Below, one piece after another: positions 38,750 through 52,483 of a DNA stretch of 64,000 bases. The stretch lies in NCBI GenBank assembly GCA_030704615.1, contig JAKLZA010000278.1:95001-159000 (forward strand), given 5' to 3'. Source of the stretch: Takakia lepidozioides. Lineage: Eukaryota; Plantae; Bryophyta. Both the position numbers and the translations under genes were made by a program. Positions within the stretch are counted from its first letter, which is position 1, and each line of letters opens with the position of its first letter. The notes beneath the pieces are model-generated. The model searched no databases, was not told the DNA's origin, and was given only the letters and a program-made list of their open reading frames with translations.

Positions 38750-41700
38750 TGGCGTGAGCGTTGCACGTGAGCGCGCGAGCGTACGCTCACGCAGGAGTGA
38801 CGTGGCGTGAGCGTGCTCACGCCAGCTGACGTGGCGTGAGCGTCATGTCAGCATGCTGATGTGGCGGTAAATGATGACGTGGCACTGTCCGTCAACTGCC
38901 ACGTCAGCATTAACATGTGCCGCCTATAACCGTGGATGGTCCTATTACCGTGGAATTAATGCAGGGAATCTTGCCTAAATAGAATCAAGACGAGCGTTGA
39001 GGCCTACAATTGCAGCATCCAACATTGTGCAATTACAAATGCTTGTTTCACTTTTACAATTACGAAGACGACAAAATATCCTCACAAAGTGTGCGCCATA
39101 AAGGCTGCCACGAGAAGACTTCCTCCCTCCTCAAATAACAATGAGAGTTATGATCATCTTCAAAAGATGATTGTAGTGCATAGCGACAGCAAGACATGTA
39201 GACTTCGAACGGTGCAATGACAAATGTGCACTACCTAAAAGTTGTCACTCAGACCTCACTCCGTATAGTTGGAGGCCATATCATTGCACAGCCGACGAAT
39301 TGATGTGAATTACACATTTCAAATCATGGTCATCCACATACCACATTACATAGTTCATGCTACCCATGTGTTGTATCCCGCTGCAAAAGAGTATCGACCT
39401 CGTTGAAACTCATAGTGGCCTGGTGAATGAAGTTGTCACGTTTGGGATCGCAAACCATCCTCCTCAAAAATATGAAATACAAATGTTTGCAGGGTATGAT
39501 TTACCTCTCTTGCCCAAACTGGTTGATAGCATATTCACAAAATCAGGACATGTGCAATTGGGAAATTGGAAACCGTGATGTCGTAGGTCCTGTCATGAAC
39601 AGCAGATGTGGAAGTGATGATTGTGAATACCCGACCATATCCTGGATCGGGTACTTCCGTGGTGCTTCCGACACGAGCTTGGAGCATTCTTGCGGACTCC
39701 ACTTTGCCAAAGTGTTCAGCGGTTGGAGGGAAACCCGAACGAGCTTTCCATCTCGTTTGGTTGGCCACAAGTCAGGATTTGCCGGGGGGACCCGGAGGAC
39801 GCAGAGTAGTAGCACATGCATGGAGTTGGGGTTGTCTCGCAAGGGAAAAACCTGCCTCCTCCAGCATTTCAATCTCCTGAAAGCTGAGATGTTTCCCACT
39901 TCACGGGCCAAACGGTTGGAGGAGATGGCTTCATCACTACGGAAGGACGCACAGTTCCATGCACACATCTGGCACAATCATCTGCGCAGAACCAGAACTT
40001 GTGGTTCTTGGCTTCTGGTTGACCGTATGGACGCATCAAGCCCGTGAAAGTCGAGCAGGAGTTCGGGCACCACCTCTGGATATAGATGAAGTGCACTTCT
40101 CGAAATTAGTTGCCCTGATCGCTGTACATTTCACACGAGACCCGACACTTGTGCGTTCTATGTGCCAAACGTGGTCGGGGCATGCGGACTCAAGCACATC
40201 AAGGGGTTGTTTCTCTCCTGCACCATTTCAGTGGCACGGTTTGATGCTGGAGCTTGCCGTCGTGTTGGAGGTTCCTCCACAATGGAGGTTCCGGACATGG
40301 AGCTGTCATGCAGGGGAACACGAGCTTCGAGAAGTTATCACGGTCTGCCCTGTGGGAATCTGAATCCGAACCAGGTGGAGTGTTCAATTTCCTCTTACAG
40401 GAGCCGAATCTCTCCTCCCCTTCAAGATGTGGAACTCTAGAAACAAGTGGCGTTCCCTGGGCATACATGCTCACCGCCCGTGCTATCTTGATTGGATCCC
40501 CAGATCTGTTTGCAGCACGCAACATCAACTCCCATTTGTCCGGACCCTTGCCACCAACCCCCACCTCGTAAGAAATCACGGTATCGGGTTTGTTGTTGCA
40601 AGGCACGTATCAAATCATCTGTTGTTGCCACATACAAATCCCGACCTCGTTTCCCAGACTGCTGCAACCATGCATTGTGCACAGTTTCTGCCAAATTGCA
40701 AGATGGCATGTCCGCCATTTCCTCAATGGACATGTTCTGCAAAGAGGATAACCACACTTCAGAATAGTGCACAGGAAACAACATAAAAGCAATGAGTCAA
40801 AAATATGGAAAGCAAATGTATGAATAAAGCATGAAATAGAAGCCTCGTACCATTTCATGGCTGCTCCCCACTGTCTATACCGGAAGTGCCAAAACGCCAG
40901 CCAATCTTCCAATGCTCTCATACTCTCAAGTGATGCAGCTCCAGAAGAGAACCACCAGGCACGAATTGTCTGGAACAAAGTGTCCGCCTCCTTCATTGTT
41001 CTAGCATCTTTGTACTCTTTGCACAATTTACGGTGCTGAGTCTGCATCTCTGGTTTGATGTCCGACTTTGTATGTTTTTCCAGAGATTGTGTCCAATGGA
41101 ATAGACATGTACGCTCTCTTCCTGGCATAGGCACTTTTGGGTCGCCCGATCCGAAGACAATACGAATAGCATTGAAATTTGCTTGAGCACTATCCGCCAT
41201 GAAACCTGCGAAATTTGGAGATGGCAGCCCATGGCAGCCCATGACACGTATCAGGGAATTCCACATGAGCTTCTGGGATTCCGTATCCTCGGATTGCATG
41301 TCACAAACTGCAATTGTCATAACTCGTTGGTACACTGGATCGTAGACATGACAAGCCATTGTCGTCCAATCCTTCACTCGTTTCACATGATCAAACATAA
41401 GAAAACAGTTCTGCAAGTCCCCAGTCTTCTGCATCCGCTTCACGAGGCTAACCCCACTGCCCTCCCCAACAGTCGACATTTTGAAAAGAAAAACTTTGAT
41501 GGCACCTTGACCTGGGAATACATTGTCCTGGATGTAATCGTACTTGCTCAGTCGTTTCAATTCCAAAATATTGTCTATGTAGCCTCTGATCCCAGAGCCC
41601 ATTCTCAATGCATTGATCTGATGCCGAATGTTAGGTGAACTTAAAGTGGAGAAATGATCCATGACCAGTCCAATGCTGCACCGTCAAGTTTAGTCCCCAC

Positions 41701-44195
41701 AGAATCTCCTTCACTCAAAATATGGCTTTCCAAGAAGGACTTGCTTGCGCCAAGAGCAATTGCAGATGTTGTTGCGGATGGGTTTCTCCCGAACTCCTGT
41801 TTGATCAACCTCGATACTGTCTCAACACTCTCCCTGTAATCCCCCTTCGAGACAGGATGGTTATGGAATCCAAAATGCACACAAGCTCTCGTCATTGTAT
41901 TCAAACGGTGGACAACATAGTACATTCTTGCTCCGCAGAGCGCCAAGCAGGATGGCACAAGTTTGCAGAATTTGCAGACGAAAGTGTTTGCCGGTGGAGG
42001 GGCAGTCCCAGGCTGAAATGGATTTCCGCCAGACCCTCCCATTCGCTTTGATTATGAACCCAGACTGAAGAAAGTGTCTGCAATTCAAATTATCACACCT
42101 AAGGTGTCCATTGCAAACTGTCCTCCTGAAAACAAGCTTGTCATCATTCTGAATATTGGATGTTTTTGTCTGCACCACGGGTGCCCGTCGTGTTTCTGTC
42201 CATTCCATGCATCATGATTGTTACACCTCCAACTCGCGGAGGAGGAGGCAGCTCGAATAGGATATCGCCATCAAAAGTCTCCGGCAAGAACTTCACAGGC
42301 ACCTGCTTCAAAGATTCCCAATCAATTCCCCGCAACTCACTTTTGAATCCAGCCATTCCTCCCATCGCCCGCAATTTTGGAATGACACTACAAATCTCTT
42401 CTTCATCAGCTTCTGCAACCACAGTAGGAAGGACTGGATTTGGAATTTCACTTATGTCATCATCGGAAGAATCCGAAAGCTCAACGATTGGAGTGGAGGA
42501 AGTCTGTTCTTTTTTCACCACCACCTCCCTCTTGTCTTCAACGACCGAAGCAGCAGTCCCGGGCGTCACATATGACCCAAGGGACTTTCGCGAGGCTCTC
42601 CAAGTACTCTGTATCGACCAGGACGCACTCTCCACTGGCTGATATGAGCCGTCTCATCACGTTTTGGAAAGAATATTTCACCAACTTCCCTTTCAGATCG
42701 TAAACCTCTTTCTCCAAAAAGATGGAGCCATTCTGCAGCTGAAAACGGGTAGCCAACATGTTCCAGAACAATTGCAAATCCATTGTCAAGGACTTCCTGG
42801 AGAACGGCACTGGTTTGTCGTCTGAGAAGAACTCTCCGCTTCAGAGGAAGCCATCTTCCTTCCTCGAGTATGTTTGTACCTTGCTATCGCAGATCTAGTG
42901 TAAATCGGTTTACTGCTGTCTCCAGAACACAGTTGAAGAATGAGCAGAGAATATGGCGGAGGAAGCTCAGATAACGACTGTGCATATTCTGTTATTCTTC
43001 CAGATATGCAGCCGTCCATTTTAATTACTTTTCTTGTGGGCCCAGTGGTCAGAGTATCCCTAGGGGCAGTGTCGGCAACTGTTAAACCGTTAATCAGAAC
43101 CTCATCAATAAACCCAATAACAAAGCCGACTTCCTGGAAGCATGCCACAGGATCTGAGAATGGGATTGCAGATTAAGTAATGTATCTATATACTACTACC
43201 AATGATCATGCGCACCTGGAAAGTTCCAAATGTGAACGAATGTGGGGTTTGGCTAACAAGGATGACCGTGTATGATATTCCAAAATTTGTCATCAAACTC
43301 TCGTTCATTTATATTTATTTGTTTAAGACTGCGCATCAATTTCTGGGATTCGCTGTTCTTTTTAAATATTGAACCCGTTCTAATAAAGAACACCGTTTTT
43401 TTGGGCGGCACACGTCAGACATCCATAACTGAATACGAACAGCTGTACACCAATTGCTGGCATGTGCACTAATAAGGAAACGACTATGTGTAACGGTCAC
43501 GCGGGAGGGAATCCGATGCTTCTAGAGACACGCAAGAACACAGGCAATCCCGCAAGAAATCGGAGTCACTGCGTTTTTCTACTTTTCGCGCTTAGAGGGA
43601 GAGTGGTAGTCAAGCTGGAGAGGTTTCCTTCTAGAATACGAAAGAGAAGAAAGTCTCTTTATTTTACTTCCCTTAGAGAGAGACGCAGAGCAGAGAGAAA
43701 ATGACGAGGCGTCGTTTGTTGGAGAACACAGGGCCAAGGCAGCAGGTGAACGCGGAGACTGATTCACAAGAGCAGACGGAGACTGAGGCAGCGGCTGCGA
43801 CACAGTCGGCGATAAGAGTGCGCCAGCCTGTGGAGGCAGAGATGAATCGCAGGGACACTGAAGAAGGTGGAAGCACGCGGAACGCCGAACCTGAAGAAGG
43901 TCAGAAACCCTTGCGCAGACAGAAACTCCAGCAGATGTGAGAGGGAAAGGAAAGCTGCAGAAGGGGATCAAATTTCAAAACCTAAGAAGGTGCCAGTAAG
44001 TTTTTATCATATAGTCTGTCTGATTGCCTTTCAAGGAGTCCTTCCTCTTCCATTCTTTAGCAGAACTACTGAATCGCGAGCGTCGTTAACGCCATCGATT
44101 CTCCTCATGAGATTTATGTACCTATGTGTTTGAGAGAAGTCGCACTTACTATTCTCCCTAAACTCAAGATTGTCTTGCCGCCAATCATTCGCACA
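38747..44195 (-). mobile_element. Mutator-like element A (GCM-MULE-SWIM type), other end missing
   Basis: CGTGAGCG repeats at 38750-38860; transposase gene within. Confidence 0.7.
39360..43148 (-). CDS. GCM-like + MULE DDE + SWIM transposase (frameshifted, intron ~40738-40851)
   Basis: CNGHLRCDNLNC...CKFC...C...H.HP; FDHVKR; FMADSAQAN; CLFHW; NLAETVH; SWIM C.CPDF...CKHL. Confidence 0.85.
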
Positions 44196-45003
44196 GGGGC
44201 TGCTATTTCATGAGCATGAGCATGAGCGGAAAAAAAAAATCATGAGCAGAAGCATGAGCAGACCATTGTGAGTCCACGGAAATAGGGTTAGGAGGCACGG
44301 AAATAGGGTCATGTGAAGTTGGAATGTGGCACCAGTGGACTTAAATGCAACATTTTATTGCAAATTTTGTGGCAAGCCACGTCTATACAAGTGTGTTCTA
44401 ACTGTCATAGCCGGAATGGGCACTACTCTCCTACACCCTCCGAGGAACTTGCCCCACCTTCTTCCCTCATCCCCCTCATCCCCCTCATCCTCCGAGCTCT
44501 GTGATGCATCAGTTCCACTATGCCTCTCAAAAATCCCGTCCTCTCCTTGGGGGACTGTCCACCTCACCTCCTGGGAATCTTCTGCGTCTTCTCCCCACTT
44601 TCCTCAGCAGAATCCAACACAAATCTACGAGCCCGACGGGCTCTAATAGCTGCTGCCTCCTCCCTCATCTTCATTTTCTTGAGGCTTGCCTCGTCTAAAA
44701 TCTGCTGTACACGACTACGTTCGGAACACCTCCTAATGGACACCGAAGCAAGCCGGGCAGCATAAGTAGGAGGATGTACTCCCTTTCTGGACTAGGCATG
44801 AAATCCCCCTGGCAAAAAAAGGCACGTTCCTCCTGCCCATGAACTCCGGTGTAGACGTCCCTCCGGCAGTACTTGGCATCCTACAGTAAGAACAAATCCA
44901 CTTGAAGAATGTCAATACCAGCACAACCAGAAAGGGTTTTCAATGAAATAAGAGCGGAGGGAGGTGCCTCACAAAATCTGGAGGCAACTTACAATGCCAC
45001 CAC

Positions 45004-48000
45004 TCACTCGTAAACCGGGGGCTCCTCGGCCTCGATCCCAACTTCCTCCCCCTGCTCCTTCTCGGATTTTTCCTCATCCTCCGAGGATGCCTCTTCCTCT
45101 TTCGGCAGACGTTCAGCCGCTGCAAGTTCCGAGTTGTGGAGGGCAGTATCTGGCTCGAAGGCGAACACATGCCTGTCGGACAACGTCCCTGCCCACATTG
45201 AAGCACCTGAGGAACAAAGCGGGGGTTAATAGCTTGCGGCATGCAATTGCAATGGGGCCAGGGGACAAACTGAGCACGTGAAGGCTTACCCGTGCCGCAT
45301 GTGAGGTCCAGAATCCGCCCTTGGACATCCGAGCACGTCTCCATGAGGGTTTGGATGAAAGCAGGGCTCCGGGTCCGGCTGTACCGCCACGGTTTGCCTG
45401 TCTTTGTGTCCTTCGGCATACTAGAGTGGGGCACATAGTTGTAGAGGACATCGTAGGTTACAGGGTCCACAGCGGCATCAACAAGACGACCGTCGTTGCG
45501 GAATTTGAACGTAGACCCTCTCTTCACAAAGCAATATGCCTCAAACACCAATGTCTGCACATCCAACAAAGAAGGGATCAACCAGGGTCTACTTAACATA
45601 CACCACAATATGAAGTGAATGCAATAGATTGATAACTTACACTTTGGCCCTCTGTTCGCAACCCCTGCGTACTGATGCAGAACCATTTTCTGAGGAGGAC
45701 CGGGGTGACACTTTTCGGTGTCCACCTTGCCACCGCATTCTCTGTGGTCTTCCCTCTCGTGGCAAGGACAACCACACACATCCACCGTCATCCAGAAGCA
45801 TCCCGCCAGCCCAAACCCGGCTTTCCAGTAGTCCTCAGTAAACCTGTTCCAGGTGGGCACACCATCCAGGCCCTCCAGCAGCTCCCCATCTGGAATGTCG
45901 AGGAGAATCATGTCGCAAGCTCTCTCCACCTCAACCCCCCCCCCGAGTGCTCTTGCAATTCGTGCTCACAGCCGTGAAGAATTCCATCATGGCTTCAAAA
46001 CCAGGGGTGTCTTTAGGCTCTGTACCGGCAGCCCTCTTCTTGGCTTTCCCCTTCTGCTCCGCCAGAGACTTGTTGTGTGCCACCTTCTTCGCCCTGGCAG
46101 CGAGAGCGTCAAGGAAGCTCTCATTGACGCATTGGATGATGGTTGGAGGTTCTAGCTTTGGCCTGTGCGTAAACGTCACCGCCGAATACCGCCGTGTAGG
46201 CTCGCCCTCAAATGCCAACTTCTTGGCAGAGCCAGTCCCACTCCGAACTGACTTGGGAACCCGGACGACCGGTGACTGGGTAGGAGCAACAGCAGTCGCA
46301 GGACCTTGAACAAAATCGGCGTCGGAGTCACTCTCTTGGGTCCCCTCCTGCGCCTCCTCCGATGCCCCGATGGTTTTCTTCTTTTTGGGTGTTACTGCAG
46401 TCACCTGTTTCCTTGTCCTTTTCCTTTGACCTTTACTCTTCTCATGCAATTTCTCCTGAATTCCTGCCTGAGCAAGCTCTGCCGCTTTCCTGGAGTTCGC
46501 AAGCGCTTTTGCCTCTTTTGCACCCAACGGAGGCAGCGGAGCCCGGTTTCGTCGGAATTCAGCATCCAGCTTCAATTGAAACTCGGATGGGTCGAGCGAG
46601 CCGGGCGGAAGGTCCACATACCAAGGGCAATCACGCAAATGTTCCAGATGCCACTCCTTCACAATATCGTCAGTGTACATGGAGTCAGCCCCAGGGTTCC
46701 TCCATGCCAGGAAGAATGGTGGCTCGAAAGACAGATGACCTTTCTCCAAAAGGAGAACTTACAGTACCTGCATTCATGAAAAAATGAGGTCCGAAATGGC
46801 TAACCCTGAACGGCAATAGGGCCTACAACTGGAATATGGCGCCGAAATTTCCGGGCCACCCAAGGGACTTGCCCGAAAATGGCTAAGTCCCTGGACGGGA
46901 ACTGGAAAAGGCGCCGAATTTCTTCGGGCCAGCCACCCTAGGGACTTAGCCGAAAATGGCTAAGTCCCGGACGGCAATAGGGCCTGGAACTGGAAAATGG
47001 CGCCGAATTTCCAGGGCCACCAGTCTAGGGACTTAGCCGAAAATGGCTAAGTCCCTGGACGGCAATAGGGCCTAGAACTGGAAACGGCGCCGAATTTCCA
47101 GTTCGGGCCAGCCACCCTAGGGACTTAGCCGAAAATGGCTAAGTCCCTGGACGGCAATAGGGCCTGGAACTGGAATATGGCGCCGAATTTCCACTTCAGG
47201 GCCAGCCAGTCTAGGGACTTAGCCGAAAATGGCTAAGTCCTGACGGCAATAGGGCCTAGAACTGGAAAACGGCGCCGAATTTCCAGTTCCGGGCCAGCCA
47301 CTAGGGACTTAGCCCGAAATGGCTAAGTCCCTGAACGGCAATAGGGCCTGGAACTGGAAAATGGCGCCGAATTTCCAGTTCCGGCCAGCCAGTCTAGGGA
47401 CTTGCCATTTTCGGAGCCCTGACTGGAAATTCGGCGCCATTTTCCCTAAACCACTTAGGCCTCTAACATCCTGAAATGCCAGGACTTGAAAGAAAGGCAG
47501 CGCGTATGTACCTGTACAGAAGGCGCATTGCTGCTTTGTCCGCGTTCGGCTGGTCGGTGAACTCGTGGCTCCGGCGAGCATCTGCTATCTCCCGAAAGAA
47601 TAGGTTGGTTTTGTAGAGCAGAAAGTACCTCGTCACATAGTCACGTAGGCTCTCTGCTGCAGGAGATATCTCCATCTTGAACTGATGTGCTTGTGTGTCC
47701 AGCTGCTCTTGCGCATTCGTCGTCACCTGTGGAGATTGTCCCATCAGATCGCTTTCCTCAAAAAATACAATGAATCCACCCCCTACTAGAGTAGAAGCCC
47801 CAAACGAAGCGTGGGGAAGTACCTGAAACCACCATGTCATGCGGTTCATCCACATGTCGAATGTGGGGTCAGAGAGTTTGTCCGGTTTTGGGGAAGCTCC
47901 ACATGTCCCTGGTACTTTGGGAACCATTCCAGATTTGGAGCCACCGGGTCTGTCCAACCACCCAGCATATTCGTAAGCGCCAAACACCACAAAAAGGAGT

Positions 48001-50695
48001 TGTTGCCACCACAATTTGGTTAAGAATGTATCACCTTTTCTGTGCATCCACACAGGATGTGGCTAGACGATGGAGCTTCTCCAATGTCATCGTGGGCTTC
48101 AGAGCGCGAGAGTAGTGCTTCCCCACCTCCACCAGAAAGTCGGCACCAAGGGCGGGATCAGCTATGGCCACGTACTTTACCATCCGCGACTTGTACTTTA
48201 TGCGGGCCCTCACCTCCGCAGCTTTGACATACGATTCGAGTTCCGGGAGGGTTGGATTCTTCTCCTCTGACTCCATGTAGAACCTCCGCGCATGTGCCAA
48301 ATCCTGCTGTATTTTCGTCTGTCGAAAAGCGCACATAAGATTAGAGATCCTGCTCAACACAATTTCTTCTATTGGGGGAGGAGAGACAATTAGCTCAACA
48401 AAACTGCAGGAGCTTTACCCGAAATATGTAGTCCACCATGGCGTCGACGCTCAGCCTATACCAGGTTCTGTCTGCCTTTGCCTCCGACTTGCGCAGGAGG
48501 TCGGCACTGAGGGAATTGGCAAACTCTTGCACCCCCTGCTCCCGACATCCTTCACTCGGAAGAGCATATGGGACAAGTTGGTGGCAATGAAGGCATTCTC
48601 AGTCACCCTGCAGTGCCACATTTCCATCAAACAATACTGAAATGGGAATTTTCATCATATATGAGGATTCGCAATGAAATGACTTCCAAATTCAAAGTCC
48701 AAAAGCGAGAGGGTTGTAGCTTACGAGTTGATGTCGGCCATTGCAGCTTTGAGAAGACTGCGCGATCTTTGGGCCCCGCAACCTTCAGCACAACACAATC
48801 GACGGCGAAATGCCAATCGAGTCGTTGGGGTGGGCTTGGGCAATGTGCTCCATCCATGCCAGGAGGCGATGATTGCCGTCCCACACGTAGAACATCTTAC
48901 CGGACATGTGCTGGAAAAGAGGATCACTAGCAATCGATCTCTCGAACTCCTCATTTCGCGTTTGCCAATGGGGACCCCATTTGTCCACCTCATCGGAAGT
49001 GTGGGCACGGGAAGCTCCGTGGTCGTTCTCAATGGAAACGTAAAAGGCGGCAGACCCCATTCGATATCCATCCCGGAAAGAGAATTTCAGCTTGTCGATA
49101 TCGCCTGGAGGGCAGGTCTCACCACCTGCAATGACACCAAGCGGCAAAGGGGAATTCGAAGCTTGGCCGGGTACACCATGCCCCCCAGCACCCTGCCAAT
49201 GTTGCTGTGGGTTGCCTCCAACATCTTGGCAGCGGCCAACTTCATATCCGCCTCAGACATGACGTCTGCTGCAGAGGGGTTTTTCCGCAGCCCACCAGAC
49301 CGCCAAATCCAGCCTGTATGCTCCGGGTTTGGGGCCTGGGGATGTCCGGGAGAATGTCATCCTGGTCAGAAACATCCATGTCGTCCTCCTCAACAGGGTC
49401 AGCCACCTGCGAAACCACCTCCAGCACTCTCGTCGTCTCTACTGCCCTCTCCCTGGCTTCACCTCGAACTTGCACAATCGGTGCTCTTTCAGGTGTTCTT
49501 TCCTCTCCTCCACTCTCCACCGTATGGGTAATTGCGGGGGCTGCACTTGCCCGCGATGGTCTAACCGGTGTGCTACTGCCTCTCTGTGGTGTCTTGTAGG
49601 GATCCACCGTCTCTGTGTGTCCCTCGCTTACATTGGCATCTGTCATTTGGGCACCCCTGGCCTCTTCAGCTGCCTTTTGTCTTTCCTCCTGCTAGCATTC
49701 TGTCTCGTCTGTTCTTTTGCCCTCTCTTTTGCCCTCTCACGGGCTTTCTGTTTCTTACTAGGGCTAGCAACAGGGGAGCCCTCCAGGACGACCACCTTTG
49801 ATTGAGGCGAACTGACACCCTCGCGCACTGCTCTCACTCCCCCCTCCGCAGCCCGTGACTGGCTCTCTCGCCGGGGATTGCATGTGCTTAGCTTTCTTCT
49901 TTTTCTTTTTCTTTTTGCGTGGGCGGGCCCTACTGCATGTGCATGAACAACCTCCATTGCCGGATCTGCTGTCCTCATGTCCTCACGCCCTTTCACCTGC
50001 CATGCCGCCTGCACCAACCTCCCCAATGCCTACTCTGTCGTAATCTCGTTGCAAGTCCTCCCGTCCACCAACAAAAGGTTTAAGTTTGCCCTCTCGCCCC
50101 AAGTTGGGCGATTCAACATGCGATGAGTTGGAGCTGTCGATGATACCACCAGCGTGCCGGGCTCGTCGTCACTCTGTGATTGACAAAAATCGTGAAAAAC
50201 CAACAGTGGTGCAAAAAGCAGCAGCGCAACCACCATAGCAGCAATCATGTAGCAAAAATGAAAACATAACAAGTTTAGGAAGTATGGAGAGCCATGCAAC
50301 AACAATGAAACAAATGCAACCATTGCCTAGAATGACATGCACAAGCAGCCTTCTCCAGAGCTGCCGGATTTGCACACGCATTGCAAACAATCTAAGGTTC
50401 AGTCAACTATCTAAGTTCACTCATAAGCAAAGCCAGGATGAAGATGCAGAAACAAAGCGAGGTACGAAGCGAAAGCAAAAAAAAAATCGAAACACAAACC
50501 GAAAGCAGAAGTGGCTTGCCTGAGAGTACTCGGCTTCAGTTGGCGCAGGTTTTGAGCAACACTGGAATCTCCTGCTGGAGCTTCAGTTTGGGCCATGCGA
50601 GAGATTGGCCGTCGTCCGTAGTACAGAGCTTTCAACTTCCGCCGCGGTCTGGATCTGAGGTCTCTCTCAGGAGAGCCACGCCCTTCAGGCGGCAT
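45004..50695 (-). CDS. Multi-exon ParB/Srx-like + beta-class N4/N6 DNA methyltransferase-like gene (single-gene model inferred)
   Basis: ParB-like (V)RP...FYVWDGNHR (48866-48880); MTase DMILLDIPDG (45888-45899), LDDGG.VVV, RSPAFIQTLMETCS...ILDLTCGTG|AS...RHVFAFEPD; GT-AG introns; 5' limit uncertain. Confidence 0.72.
46790..47460. repeat. Tandem ~90-bp hairpin-rich repeat inside an intron (~46768-47511)
   Basis: Unit holds GGGACTTAGCC-gaaaat-GGCTAAGTCCC and AACTGGAAA-atggcgccgaa-TTTCCAGTT. Confidence 0.9.
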
Positions 50696-50929
50696 AAGTC
50701 CCAGCCAAAAAGATCTCTCCTTTTTTGGGGTACATGCCTGGAATATGTTTAAGCCAAGTATAGCAGAGATTTAGGGTACGTGTCCAGGAAGCCATGCGTC
50801 GCCAGCCCCGAATAATACCCGACGGCCGTCGACATTTATTGCCCAACTGCGCAATAATGTCGGATGAAGCCCTCCATGTCGGAAGAAAGATAGACGAAAA
50901 CAGTCCGGAATTTCCATAATTCGGAAGCG

Positions 50930-52180
50930 CGCGGATGGAAATCCGGCGCCGAATTTCCATCCTAAAATAATTCGGAACTGTGGAACCGGCGCCGAATTTC
51001 CATCCGCCAGCGGAATGGAAATCCGGCGCCGGCGCCCTTAGTAAACAGTAAAGCCGGAACAGTAAAATGGAAAATTTCCATCCGCCTTGCAGGTAATTCG
51101 GAATGGAAATTTTCCATCCGCCCACAGCGCCAGCCTTTTTTTCAGCCCGATGGAAAAATTTCCATCCTAAGCAGGTAATTCGAGCAGGTAAAACGGCGCC
51201 GAATTAGTTGTGCAGGTAATTCCCATGGCAGGTAATTTCCCCCCTTGCCTGCACGGGGGCCGGCACCCCTGCACGAAGGGCTTGGCGAGTGGAAATCGGC
51301 GCCGAATATCCATTTTGCCAGGGCAGGATGGAAATTCGGCGCCGAATGTCCGGCCCAATTGGATTCGAATTACCTGCAGGATGGAAAAGTCCGGATGGAA
51401 ATTCGGCGCCGAATTTGATTCGGTGGAAATTCGGCGCCGAATGTCCGACTTACCTGCTGGATGGAAATCTGGGTGGAAATTCTGTTTAATGGAAAGGGCC
51501 TGTGGCCCAGGGCCAGTCCGGCTTGCGGCCGGCGCCGGTGGGGATGGAAATTCGGCGCCGAATTTCCGGGCCTGTTTAATGGAAAAGGGGACTGGGAAGA
51601 ATATTCGGTGCCGAATTTCCGTCCGGGGGTTGAAATATGACGCCAGGTTCCGACCTCTCCCCCTCCCCGACTTCATTGGAACGGCCCCGAATTGAAATTC
51701 GGCGCCGTTTTCCATCTGTGGAGGTTTTTATGTCGGCCAGTTTTCGCCTGACCCCGACAAACTTCCTTTGGGGGGGCCCGGATGGAAATTCGGCGCCGAA
51801 TCCGTCCAGGGGATGTTCTCTGTCGCACACTGGCCGGCCTCTGTGCCCCAGGCGACTTCATCCGGGCGTCCCCTGTTCGATATTCGTGCCGAATTTCCGT
51901 CCGGGGGTTGAAATGTGACGCCAACTGCAGGCCACTCCCCCCTCCCGACTGCATCCGAACGCCCCGGATGGAAATTCGGCGCCGTTTTTCCATCTGGGGA
52001 TGTTTTTATGCCGTCCAGTTTTCGGCCTGACCCCCCGACACGACTCCCTTTGGGGGGCCGGATGGAAATTCGGCGCCGAATCTCCATCCAGGGATGTTCT
52101 GTCGCACACACTCCGGCCTCTGCGCCCGAGGCGACTTCATCCGGGCTTCCTCTGTTGGATATTGGGTGCCGAATTTCCAT
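50930..52180. repeat. Array of (G)GAAATTCGGCGCCGAATTT(CC) palindromes, with a larger ~300-bp repeat period at 51550-52180
   Basis: Motif recurs many times between the two divergent genes. Confidence 0.9.
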
Positions 52181-52483
52181 TCGGGGGTAGTAATGTGACG
52201 GCACGGTGCCGGCTTCTCCCCTTCAGCCGTCATCATCCGGACGGCCCCCCACTTTCTGACTGCATACCGTTGGCAGTTATTGCGCAAAGACGAGGGGCCG
52301 CATTCCGGAGACAAGGTTCATTAACACTCTGACTGTGGATTTTTGAGATAGTTGGCTCCCTGGATTTGGATCAGGCTTCGTCGCTCGGACAAATCGGCAT
52401 CGCATTCATTCCCATCGCTGCACCCCCTTCTACCAGGGAGCTTCCCCGCACGCCATCCTGGCAGTCTTGTGTGCACATCTCCC

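Noticed and set aside
46790-47460. CRISPR-like array of palindromic repeats
   Set aside because: Intervening sequences are themselves repeated (no unique spacers), no cas genes, eukaryotic intron context
44940-49200. Bacterial/phage contamination as the source of ParB-MTase
   Set aside because: Gene has spliceosomal introns and lies within TIRs shared with a eukaryotic transposase
50685-52330. Numerous 80-180 aa ORFs (WKFGAEF / MEIRRR peptides)
   Set aside because: By-products of GC-rich palindromic repeats read in several frames
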